A stretch of DNA of 64,000 bases, taken from contig NZ_JBJMIE010000042.1 in NCBI RefSeq assembly GCF_045807065.1, forward strand, positions 2,724 through 66,723. The letters are read 5' to 3'. Numbering within the stretch: position 1 is the stretch's first letter; each line of letters opens with the position of its first letter. Shown here piece after piece: positions 37,516 to 46,566 of this stretch. The DNA is from Actinophytocola sp. Lineage in GTDB: Bacteria; Actinomycetota; Actinomycetes; Mycobacteriales; Pseudonocardiaceae. Made by a program: the position numbers and the translations under genes. The notes under the pieces were generated by a model. The model was not told the DNA's origin. It ran no database searches and saw only the letters and a program-made list of their open reading frames with translations.

Positions 37516-38556
37516 CTACCGGGCAGGCTCCTGCTCGAGCAGCGCGGGACGACCGTCCGCCCCGGTAGGTACCGGGTAGAAGCTGTGGTGGCTGCCCGGA
37601 TCCACTGCTACCACATGCGCCCCGTCGGCCAGATGCGCCGACCCGGTCACCGTCAGCCGGCGGTCGCGCAGATCCAGCACCGTGACCGGGCCGCTCTCCG
37701 CGGCGACGTAGAGCCGGTGCGCAGCCGCGTCGTACGCCAACACATCCGGATCGTCGCCGACCATGCTGGTGCCGATCACCTGCCAAGTGTTCAGGTCCAC
37801 GGTCAGCAGGGTCGCGTTGCCGTCGCAGGCCACGAACGCCAACCGGTCCGTGGTGTCCAGGGCGAGGCCGTGGTCGTGGTCGCAACCCGGCAGCGGGACC
37901 CGTCGCTCGACTGTGAGGTCAGCCGGGTCGATCACGGCGAGGTCATCCCGGCCTTGGACGTCGACCAGCATCCGGTCGCTGGCCGGGTCGTAGGCGACGT
38001 TGCCGACCTCACCACCCAACGTGACAGTGCCGCGCACGGCTCCAGTGGCGGCGTCGATCACCGTTTCCGAACCACCGGACTCGTTGGTCGTCCAGATCGC
38101 ACCCCGGCGCGGGTCGTAGGCCAGCCCGTCCGGATACTCGCCCGTCGGCGCCTGGCCGACGACGGTCCCGGTGTCCTCGTCCAGGACGACCATCCGGTTC
38201 GCGCCGGTCGCGGTCGCGAACACCCGATGCAACGCGGGCACCACCAGCACCCCGTGCACCTGCGACAGGTTCTGGATCGTGCGTACCACTCGGTGGGCGT
38301 GGATGTCGATTTCGATGACCTCGCTGGCGCCCAGATGCGCCACGAACAACAAGCCGCGGTCGGCGTCCAGGCTGGCGTAGTCGAAGCGCGAGGAATCCCC
38401 CGGCAACGCCATCTCGCCAGCCGTCCGCAACGGCGACGCCGCGGTCGACGGCTGCCCACCGCCGCTGCGTGTGACCACGACGAGGACCACGACCAAGGCG
38501 ACCACCACGGCACCCGCCGCCACCAGCAGCCTGCGAGAGCGCGCGGCCAGCCTCAT
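37516..38556 (-). CDS. YncE/YVTN-type beta-propeller protein, exported
   Basis: N-terminal TM/signal; RFDYASLD, VHGV, YPDGLAYDP, GNVAYDP, HGLALD, DVLAYD, AHVVAVDP blades. Confidence 0.88.
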   Translation of the reverse strand: MRLAARSRRLLVAAGAVVVALVVVLVVVTRSGGGQPSTAASPLRTAGEMALPGDSSRFDYASLDADRGLLFVAHLGASEVIEIDIHAHRVVRTIQNLSQVHGVLVVPALHRVFATATGANRMVVLDEDTGTVVGQAPTGEYPDGLAYDPRRGAIWTTNESGGSETVIDAATGAVRGTVTLGGEVGNVAYDPASDRMLVDVQGRDDLAVIDPADLTVERRVPLPGCDHDHGLALDTTDRLAFVACDGNATLLTVDLNTWQVIGTSMVGDDPDVLAYDAAAHRLYVAAESGPVTVLDLRDRRLTVTGSAHLADGAHVVAVDPGSHHSFYPVPTGADGRPALLEQEPAR

Positions 38557-38657
38557 CGCACCCGCCTCCGCTACCGACGATCATCGGGCTCAAAGCAACC
38601 AAGGTTACAGTGCAGACGGTGGTGTCCTGGTGTGCTGCGCGGAGGGTGGTGGTCGTG

Positions 38658-38900
38658 GTGATCCGAGCGTCCCAGCCTGGCGGCCCCGGCGACTGGGTGC
38701 TGCTGTCCTACCGGATACCCCGCGAGCCCTCCACACCGCGGATCACGATCTGGCGTAAGCTCAAACGCCTCGGCGTCGCCCAGATCTCCGACGGCCTTAT
38801 CGTCCTCCCGGCCGACGCCCGCACCCGCGAGCACCTGGACTGGACTGCCGACGAGATCCTCGAAGCCAGCGACAGCGCCTCGATCTGGATCGCCCAGCTA
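38658..38900 (+). pseudogene. N-terminal fragment of a ChrB-like chromate-resistance protein
   Basis: WVLLSYRIPREPSTPRITIWRKLKRLGVAQISDGLIVLP...REHLDW; similarity ends abruptly near 38900. Confidence 0.75.
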
Positions 38901-39344
38901 CCACAGGATGAAAAAGCTTCAGTAACCGCTCACGCCTGGTGCGTGCCTTCTATGCGACAACGTAATTTTAAAGCTCCGTGCCAGCGGACATCGGCTGGGA
39001 TACACCACTGGCACGGAGCCTCCTCCCCCCTGCGCCACCACTTTCGCCGATCGATGTTGACCGATAGTTGCGTGCGTGTTGAATCACGCATAACCAGCGA
39101 AGTAAGGCCTGGTGGGTTCCGCACGTGGTGGTACCGCTGCACCGTGCGAGTGAAGGACCTCGGGCCCCGGCACGGTCTTCTCCAGCGGACGCGACGGTCG
39201 AGATCGCGACAAGGCCATGCGAATCGGGGCTTTCACGCTCAACTTGCGTGGTATGGCCGGTGTCATGGCCCATTTCCACGACAGTTCATGGACAGGCGCC
39301 CACGTCAGCACCGTCGTCCGGGGAAGCGGTGCTTGAATGTCGAT

Positions 39345-40961
39345 ATGCATCGTCGGCCGTCTGACCGGGGCAAGTCGGTGTTGGTCGAGGCGCGAGGGGT
39401 TGCCGTTGCTAGCGCGGTCAGCCGGCTGACGGGGTACGTTCGGACGGCGAGTCTCGGAGCCGCGCTCGGCGGTAGCCTGGTGGCGGATATCTATGCCAAC
39501 GCCGTTCTGGTGCCCGCTGTCGTCGAGTCAGTGATATTGGGTGCCGCGTTCAGTGGATTTCTGGTACGGCTCCTGACTGGCGCCGTGCTCGAGTCCGGCG
39601 AGGATGAAGTCTTGTTCGTTCAGCGTCTCGTCACGCTGACGTTCGTGTGCCTGGGCATTCTCGCGACAGCAATGTGGCTGTCGGTGGATCTTCTCGCTAA
39701 CCTGTTCGCGGACGTCCAGGCGCGGGCATTGCTGACCCAGTTCCTGTACCTGGTCATTCCCACCTTCATCTTCTCCGGTATGTACCTCGTGTACTCGGCC
39801 GTGCTAAACGTTCATCGGAGGTTCCGTCCCGCGGCGTGGGCCCCCGTCGGTGCCAACATGCTCGTTTCCGCCATTGCCTGGTACGTCGCCGGCTCGCTGC
39901 GCGACGGTCAGGACTCGCCGGCGACGTTCCCGCGGTGGATCGCCATCCTCATCGCTGGTGCCACCCTGATGGCATCGATATTCCAGGTCGTCGTGCTGAT
40001 TCCATTCCTGCGGTCGGTCAGAGTCACTTTTCGAGCGCGATTTGACTTCTCCCTGTTGCCGCTGCGGAGCGTGGCCCGCAACTTTCTCTGGGGCCTGGTC
40101 GCCGCGGGCTCAGGTCAGGCGAGTATCGTCGTCATCGCCATCCTCGCTAACCGCGCATCCGTCCAGGGTTATGCCGGTCTCTTCATCTTCAACAACGTTT
40201 ACCTGTTGATGGCCGCGGCGCACGGCGTGATCACCTTGTCGATCAACACGGTGGTGTTGCCGCGGATGAGCGAGGCGGCGCACGGCCTCGACCGTGGTGA
40301 CGTGGCGGCACAGGCCGACTTCGCCTGTGTCTACTGCGTCCTGTTGCTGGTCCCGGTATCCGTCGTGTTCCTCGTGCTGAGCGGCGACATCGGCCGGTTG
40401 CTGTTCCAGTGGGGGCGGTTCAGCCCGGCCGATCTGGCGGGCATGGCGCCAGTCATCGCCGTAGCGGCCGTCGCGTTGGTTCCGTTCTCGCTCAGTCAGA
40501 TTGTTCTCATGGCATTCTGGGCATTCGAGGATCTGCGCACAGTGGCACTGCTGGGTTTTCCGACCTATCTTCTCCGGATCGTGCTCAGTATCGCGGCCTT
40601 CGTCGTCCTTCACCCGAGGTACGCCACGGCGGGGACGATGGGAGCGTTGGCGATATCCTTCCTGCTCGAGATCGCGATCGCGCGCCACCTACTCCGGCGA
40701 CGGAAAATAGTGATCTGGGCACACGGCGCCACGCGGACGATGTCGCGTGCCCTGCTGGCCGGGCTGGCGGCAAGTGTGTTCACCGCGGTGTTCACGCATT
40801 ATATGCTGGCTGCGGCACCGACGGCGAAGGTCGCCGAAATGCTCTATTTCGGGGCCGGCTGCTGTTGTGCGGTGGTGTCGTACGTGGTTTTCTGCTGGCT
40901 GTTCCAGGTTTCCGAGATGCGCAGATTGGTCACGGTCGTCACCGGCTGGCTTCGATCGTAG
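39345..40961 (+). CDS. murJ: MurJ/MviN-like lipid-linked substrate flippase (short, extra copy)
   Basis: SAVSRLTGYVR, ADIYANAVLVP, VLNVHRRFRPAAWAPV, VVLPRMSEAA, LLFQWGRFS, ALVPFSLSQ; many TM helices. Start at ATG 39345 is inferred. Confidence 0.8.
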   Translation: MHRRPSDRGKSVLVEARGVAVASAVSRLTGYVRTASLGAALGGSLVADIYANAVLVPAVVESVILGAAFSGFLVRLLTGAVLESGEDEVLFVQRLVTLTFVCLGILATAMWLSVDLLANLFADVQARALLTQFLYLVIPTFIFSGMYLVYSAVLNVHRRFRPAAWAPVGANMLVSAIAWYVAGSLRDGQDSPATFPRWIAILIAGATLMASIFQVVVLIPFLRSVRVTFRARFDFSLLPLRSVARNFLWGLVAAGSGQASIVVIAILANRASVQGYAGLFIFNNVYLLMAAAHGVITLSINTVVLPRMSEAAHGLDRGDVAAQADFACVYCVLLLVPVSVVFLVLSGDIGRLLFQWGRFSPADLAGMAPVIAVAAVALVPFSLSQIVLMAFWAFEDLRTVALLGFPTYLLRIVLSIAAFVVLHPRYATAGTMGALAISFLLEIAIARHLLRRRKIVIWAHGATRTMSRALLAGLAASVFTAVFTHYMLAAAPTAKVAEMLYFGAGCCCAVVSYVVFCWLFQVSEMRRLVTVVTGWLRS

Positions 40962-40965
40962 GGAT

Positions 40966-41877
40966 TCATTTCGCTGGTGGGGCCTCGGGAAACCCCGGTG
41001 GGAGTGGCAGGGAGTGGTCGAGCTCCGGCTCGCGTGTGTCGACCCAGACCGGCAGGTGGCCGGGTAGACAGGAGGAGAAGTCCGGGAACACCATGACCAT
41101 GTTGATCACGGCGTTGCTCAGGAACCACTGGGCGCGCCCGGGGATCTGCATGTCGCACGCGTGGCCGGGATCTGTGTCGGGCACCGGCAGCATCGGGGGC
41201 GTGAACGGCGTGGCCGACGAGACCGGCGGTCCGATCCGATACAGCAAACGGTCACGCCACGGAACCGAACCCGTGTTGTACAGCCGCACGGGAAGCAGGA
41301 ACAGCTCGCCTCGTGTCATCTCCGCGGCGAGCACGGAGTGGACGCGGTCGACGGCTACGCCGTCATCCGGGCTCGCCTGCCATTGTCCGGCGGTGGCCGC
41401 GCCGCGTTCGAAGCGTTTGCGTGCCTCGTGGAGAATACGCACGCGGTCGACGCCATGACGTGCGAGAATTCCGCGGTACTGGCCCATGTTCGCCGGATTG
41501 GTCGCGCGTGCGACCAAGGTGAGCGGGTATCGCCACCACCGATTGTCGCTGAGCTGGTCCGCCGCACGGGTCCACCGTTCGAGCCGCTGGCGGGGAGTGG
41601 GTACGGGCACTGGCTCGATGGGGAGTCCGGCCATCCGAAGTCCGGCCACGTCGCCTGCCGCACGGCCACTGGCGATCATTGCCGCCGCGATGTCATCCCA
41701 CAGGGCGTCGGGCAGTTCCGAGTCGCCGGACTCGACGTCGCGAAGACGGTGCCGGCTCAGCCGGCCTGCCGCAAGGCCGTTGGCGGCAAGGAGCTCTGTG
41801 AACGCCCGCAACGACATGTCACCGCGTAGCCGCCGCAACGTGTGGCGTCGCTGGTCAGATGAGTACTCATCCGGCAT
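40966..41877 (-). CDS. XRE-like HTH plus NBR1/Ig-like (FW) domain protein
   Basis: LRRLRGDMSLRAF...LSRHRLRDVESG at the N-terminus; C-terminal RLYNTGSVPWRDR...VPDTDPG. Confidence 0.65.
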   Translation of the reverse strand: MPDEYSSDQRRHTLRRLRGDMSLRAFTELLAANGLAAGRLSRHRLRDVESGDSELPDALWDDIAAAMIASGRAAGDVAGLRMAGLPIEPVPVPTPRQRLERWTRAADQLSDNRWWRYPLTLVARATNPANMGQYRGILARHGVDRVRILHEARKRFERGAATAGQWQASPDDGVAVDRVHSVLAAEMTRGELFLLPVRLYNTGSVPWRDRLLYRIGPPVSSATPFTPPMLPVPDTDPGHACDMQIPGRAQWFLSNAVINMVMVFPDFSSCLPGHLPVWVDTREPELDHSLPLPPGFPEAPPAK

Positions 41878-42892
41878 GATCAACCCATTCCGGCAGCGGA
41901 TCGATCAGATCGGCAGGTGCCACGACCACGGTGACGAACAGCCCGAGCAGTGTGGTCGGAAAGCAGTAGGTGCCATCCGGCCACCCTTGCTTCAGACAGG
42001 CCCGGTAGGTGCCAGGGGTTTTCGGTACCCGCATCGGACATTGGATCCGCACGGACGAGCCGGGGTCGACGTCGGGGATGACGATGAACGCGGGCGTCCG
42101 CACTCCGCCCAAGTAACTGCCGACCCGGTACACCACCCGGTGGCGCCAGGGCACCGAGCCGGTGTTGTGCAGTACCCAGCTGGCGACCAGTTGGCTGTCG
42201 GGAGCGACAAGTAGCCCTTCCGGGGTTTCGTCCTCGGCGCTCGACTCGTCCGCCGCCGACGGCCACCACGGCGCGTTGGGGCTTGAACGTACGTCACGCA
42301 ACCCGACGACAGCCTCGGCCTGAGCCGCCAGCACGGCGGACACGCGACCGTCGGTATCGGGGAAGTGTTCGGTGAAGAAGTCGAGTTCTCGACCCGGTGG
42401 CACGTGCGCGGGCAGGTCGCGCAGCCGCCGGGGGACATCCCGGAGCTGGTCGGCCAACAGGGCGTTGCTCCAGGCGTACATGTCCACCAGGTAGCCATCC
42501 GCGCCGAACGCGAGATCGTAGGCGCGAACCAGCCATCCCGGCACCCGGCTGGTGTAGAGCCGGGTCCTGTCGCCGACCTTTGTGAGGTTGATCCACGCGG
42601 GCAGCCGGTAAAGATCTAGCCGTGAATGATGGCCCTTCTCCAAAGCCTGCAGGAAGGCCTCGTCAACCAGATGTGGGTGCGCACGTACGTGCGTTCCTGC
42701 GTCGGCCCAGGTAGCGCCCGGATACAGGGATGTGATCGCCGGGTTCAGCATCGCCACCGCACTCGACAGGCTGTCGCCGGTGGCCACCCGAAGCTGCCGC
42801 ATCGCGGCTGTCAGTTCACGCGCGGCCAGGATGTGCACCGGGGCCGGCGGGCGGGGCCGGCCGCGCAGGACGTGCCGGGGCACTGTGATCAC
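41867..42892 (-). CDS. HTH-like plus NBR1/Ig-like (FW) domain protein
   Basis: GAGGAG RBS and GTG start; AMRQLRVATG...VRAYDLAFGADG; C-terminal DETPEGLLVAP...SWVLHNTGSVPW...IPDVDPG...PKTPGTYRACLK. Confidence 0.68.
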   Translation of the reverse strand: MITVPRHVLRGRPRPPAPVHILAARELTAAMRQLRVATGDSLSSAVAMLNPAITSLYPGATWADAGTHVRAHPHLVDEAFLQALEKGHHSRLDLYRLPAWINLTKVGDRTRLYTSRVPGWLVRAYDLAFGADGYLVDMYAWSNALLADQLRDVPRRLRDLPAHVPPGRELDFFTEHFPDTDGRVSAVLAAQAEAVVGLRDVRSSPNAPWWPSAADESSAEDETPEGLLVAPDSQLVASWVLHNTGSVPWRHRVVYRVGSYLGGVRTPAFIVIPDVDPGSSVRIQCPMRVPKTPGTYRACLKQGWPDGTYCFPTTLLGLFVTVVVAPADLIDPLPEWVDHAG

Positions 42893-43482
42893 AAACTCCT
42901 CGGTGCCGCTGTGGTCAGGCTGGTGCGCGTTTTTCGTTGTATCGCACTATTGCCGCATGAACAACATTCCTCAGCAAAATTCGCGACGACCGGAGAGTGC
43001 CGAATATCTCGCCCTCGACGTGCCGGTGAGCGGAGGATGGATGAACCGGCCCTGGAAGCACCCGAGAGGCCCGCCGACCGAACAAATTCACACGACAACG
43101 TGCCGGTACGGCAACCTGCTTTGTTGACCACGACGCAAAGCAGTAAGAAAAGCCTCGGCTATTTCGCATTCGAGCGGCATCCCATCTCGCCACAATCCAG
43201 GTGGAAACTGCCACAAATCACGTGGCCGGATCCTCCTGTGCCCGAAAACGCATAGTGAAAGGATCGCAGAAATGTTCAAAATCTTTGTTGGTGGGGCACT
43301 CGTTCTCATCTTCGCGGTCGCAGGTTCAGCGCTCAGGTCGGTCACCGCCGAACATTCTCGAAGCTCGGTCGAAGTCTTCGTGGCCGGCGACATCCCCTGT
43401 TGCCGGATGATGCCGTAGGTCGATCGGCCGGGGATCGGCGCCGTCGGTCCCCGGCCACACCCAGCGGACTGCCCGTCGTCTG

Positions 43483-46326
43483 TCATGGCTGTGGCGGCTT
43501 CTTGGGTCCGGGTAGTCGCGCATACTCGTCGAATGCGTCTGCCCTGACCTGGGTACCGTGCAGGTCCTGGCTGAGCCGCACGGCTTGCTCCGCGTAGTAG
43601 CGCGCCCGGTCCGGTTCACCGTGTAGCCGGTGAGCTCTGGCGAGCGTGGTGAGTGCCCATATCTCCCCGTAGCGATATGTGTGTCTACGGGCGAGGTCGA
43701 GCCCGCGGGTCATGATCGTGATCGCCTGCTCGTAGTTCCCTCGGTCGACATGAATCTTCGCCAGTATCTCGTGTGCGTCGCACTGCCGATAGTGATCGCC
43801 GGTTTTATTATACCAGGACAGCCCTTTCTCGACCATGGTGATGGCCTCGCCGGAATTGCCGAGTTGGTGGTTCGCCTTGCCGAGGTTGACCAGCGCGAAA
43901 GCCTGGCCGAGGGGCACGCCGATGTCCCGGGCGAGGTCCAGTTGTTGTTGAAGGTAGGCGATGGCCTGCTCCGGTTGCCGCTGGGCGAGATGGGTGTGGC
44001 CGAGGTTGCCCAGCGCACGCTGCTCACCGAACCGGTCGCGGATCTCCTGGCAGATGGCCAGTTCCTCGAGAAGGTGGGCACGTGCCTGGTCGAGCTGACC
44101 GATCTGGCTCAGATGCATGGCCAGGTTGCCGTGTGCGTGCGCCAGCGCGACAGAGTGCCCGAGGCGCTCGGCTGCTGCGACGACGCTGTCGAGGAAGCTG
44201 ATCGTGTCGGGTAGGTCGCTCACGCCGGAGTGGAGAAAGCGGTACCAGTGCAGAGCCAGGGCGAGCCCGACGCCGAGGCGGACCTCCTCGGCGGGACCCT
44301 GCCAAGCTTGTAGGACTACCGCGACCATGTTGTGGTGTTGTTCGTCGAGCCACTGCAGCGCTTCGTCGTGGTTGGCCAACGGTTTGGGCGGCGCGGTAAC
44401 CTCGGGTGCGGGGTGGTGCGCTCGATGTGGGTAGACCAGCGCATTGGCTCGACAGGTCGTGGCGATGTAGTAGCTCAGCACGCGAATTATCAGCATGTGT
44501 CGTTCCGCCGGCGCGAGGGTTCTGGTGCCGAGTTCGTGCGCGAAGAGCCTGGTGAGGTCGTGCATGTGCAACCGCCCGGGCTTGGGTTCCTCCATCAGGT
44601 GCGCGTCGAGCAGGCGCTCGGTGATCAGGTCAGCCTCGGCGGGCGTCGTGTCGAGCACTGCGGCGGCGAGGTCCGAGTCGGTGTCGGTGCTGGGTAGCAG
44701 TCCGAAGAGGCAGAGTGCTCGGGCTGCCTTCCGGTCGATGTGGTTGGCACTGTCGTGAAGGGCGGTGTGGCTGACAGCGAGGCTGCTGCGCAAGGCGATG
44801 TCGTCGGCGGCGAGCTCGGTGAGCCGGTGCCGCTCGTTGGCCAGCCGGTCGACCATGTCGTGCACGCGCCAGCTCGGTCGGGCGTTGAGCCGGGCAGCGG
44901 CTACGTGCAGCCCCAACGGCAGATGGTCGCACAGCTCCGCCAGCCGGTAGGTCGCTTCGAACTCCACCGGTCTAATGTCCGGAAGCAGGCTCGCGAGCAT
45001 CATACGGGCCTCGTCGGGAGTGAGCGGACCGAGGACCAGGTGAGTCGCGCCTTCGAGTGCCGCCAAACGGCTTCGGCTGGTGATCAGCACAGCGGTGTCC
45101 GGACCGCCGGGCAGCAGCGGTCGTACCTGACCGGTGCTGGCGGCGTTGTCCAGCATGATAAGCAGCCGCCGCCCGGCCACCACGGTACGCAGCCGTGCGG
45201 CCGCTTCTTCTACGCCAGACGGTATCTCCGTGTTGGCGACGCCCAGCGTCCGCAGCAGGTGGTGCACGGCCTCCACCGCGGACAGCGGCCGCATGCCCGG
45301 TGTCGCGCCACGCAGGTTGACGTGCAGCTGCCCATCCGGGAAACGTGGCATCACCAGATGTGCCGCACGCACGGCGAGCGCCGACTTACCCACTCCTGGC
45401 GCGCCGTGGATGACCACGACCGGTCCCGCCGCCGACGTGGGTTCCGTGGTGAGGAGGCCGGTGAGGGTGGCCACTTCCTGGTCCCGGCCGACAAACGTGT
45501 TCAGGTCACGCGGAAGTTGTCGATGTGTCCGAGTTCCGGTGGCGTGCCCTGCCGCGACACCGGTGTCGGGGGCCGGTGTGGAGATGATCAGCGTCGGGTC
45601 GGCGTTGAGAATTCGTTGGTGCAGTTGCTGCAACGGCTGGCCGGGATCGACGCCGAGCTGTTCTGCGAGCCGCAGTCGGATCTGTTGATAACACTCAAGG
45701 GCCTCAGCCTGCCGTCCACAACGGTACAGCACTGTCATGAGTTGGCTGGCGCACCTCTCGTCCAAGGGGTATGCCGATACTTGCGCCAACACCCGGGCGA
45801 GCAACTCCTTGTGGCGGCCAAGCCGCAGCTCGACGTCGGTCCGGTCAAGCTCGGCGGCCAGCCGTTCCTGGTTCAGCGCGAGCCGGGTGGCATTGATCCA
45901 CGGAGTGTCCAGTCCGCCGAAGGCCTCGCCTCGCCACAGGTTCAGTCCCTGCGCGAAGAGCTCGGCGGCGGCGTCATCAGCTCCAACCGAGCGAGCTTGG
46001 GCGAGTAGGCGTCGACTGACGAACAGATCCACCGACTCGGGCGCGGTCGTCACCACATAGCCGGCCAGTCGCCGTTCTATGCCAACATCTTCCGCACCCG
46101 CCAGCACCTGCCGAAGACGTGACACATAGCTGGCAAGAGAACGGTCGGCCCGCGCCGGCAACCGCTCCCCCCACACGCGCTCGGCGAGGACCCCGGTCGG
46201 TACCGCACGGCCAACATCGACCAGCAGAGCCACCAACACGGCCCGCTGACGGGCATGACCAGGGTCAACCTGCCGTCCGTCGACCCACGCCTCGACATCG
46301 CCCAGAACTCTGAATCTCGTCGCCAC
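43483..46326 (-). CDS. AfsR/SARP family regulator (wHTH-BTAD-NB-ARC-TPR)
   Basis: FRVLGDVEAW, QRAVLVALLV, LNLWRGEAF, YPLDER, FVGRDQE, Walker A GAPGVGKS, LIMLDNA, HLPLGL, MHDLTR, TPR tail. GTG 46326 is the likely start. Confidence 0.93.
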   Translation of the reverse strand: MATRFRVLGDVEAWVDGRQVDPGHARQRAVLVALLVDVGRAVPTGVLAERVWGERLPARADRSLASYVSRLRQVLAGAEDVGIERRLAGYVVTTAPESVDLFVSRRLLAQARSVGADDAAAELFAQGLNLWRGEAFGGLDTPWINATRLALNQERLAAELDRTDVELRLGRHKELLARVLAQVSAYPLDERCASQLMTVLYRCGRQAEALECYQQIRLRLAEQLGVDPGQPLQQLHQRILNADPTLIISTPAPDTGVAAGHATGTRTHRQLPRDLNTFVGRDQEVATLTGLLTTEPTSAAGPVVVIHGAPGVGKSALAVRAAHLVMPRFPDGQLHVNLRGATPGMRPLSAVEAVHHLLRTLGVANTEIPSGVEEAAARLRTVVAGRRLLIMLDNAASTGQVRPLLPGGPDTAVLITSRSRLAALEGATHLVLGPLTPDEARMMLASLLPDIRPVEFEATYRLAELCDHLPLGLHVAAARLNARPSWRVHDMVDRLANERHRLTELAADDIALRSSLAVSHTALHDSANHIDRKAARALCLFGLLPSTDTDSDLAAAVLDTTPAEADLITERLLDAHLMEEPKPGRLHMHDLTRLFAHELGTRTLAPAERHMLIIRVLSYYIATTCRANALVYPHRAHHPAPEVTAPPKPLANHDEALQWLDEQHHNMVAVVLQAWQGPAEEVRLGVGLALALHWYRFLHSGVSDLPDTISFLDSVVAAAERLGHSVALAHAHGNLAMHLSQIGQLDQARAHLLEELAICQEIRDRFGEQRALGNLGHTHLAQRQPEQAIAYLQQQLDLARDIGVPLGQAFALVNLGKANHQLGNSGEAITMVEKGLSWYNKTGDHYRQCDAHEILAKIHVDRGNYEQAITIMTRGLDLARRHTYRYGEIWALTTLARAHRLHGEPDRARYYAEQAVRLSQDLHGTQVRADAFDEYARLPGPKKPPQP

Positions 46327-46566
46327 AGCGCGTCCTCTGATAGACAGCACCCGGATAACCACGGGTATCCCAGTCATCAACTGTTCAACAATCTCACAAC
46401 AGTTTGCCGACATCGAGCGGGCAACATGGTGGAGCGCTGGTGCGGCACCGTTCAGCAGCGCGGAACCGGCCCGGTCCGAACCGCTCGGGTAGGTCGACGA
46501 CCGAGGACGAAACGACCATCACCTGGCAGGCATCGAAAGTATGCGGAGACGTACGTGCTGACACTG

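Noticed and set aside
38610-40961. 783-aa ORF suggesting a ChrB-MurJ fusion protein
   Set aside because: The ~430 bp between the domains reads as non-coding, compositionally atypical sequence; long stop-free frames are common at this GC. Treated as a chrB remnant plus a separate murJ-like gene.
43483-46326. AfsR-type NB-ARC protein as the NLR partner of the Bell protein
   Set aside because: Its N-terminus is wHTH-BTAD with no amyloid-like motif, and it lies 6-9 kb away on the other strand.
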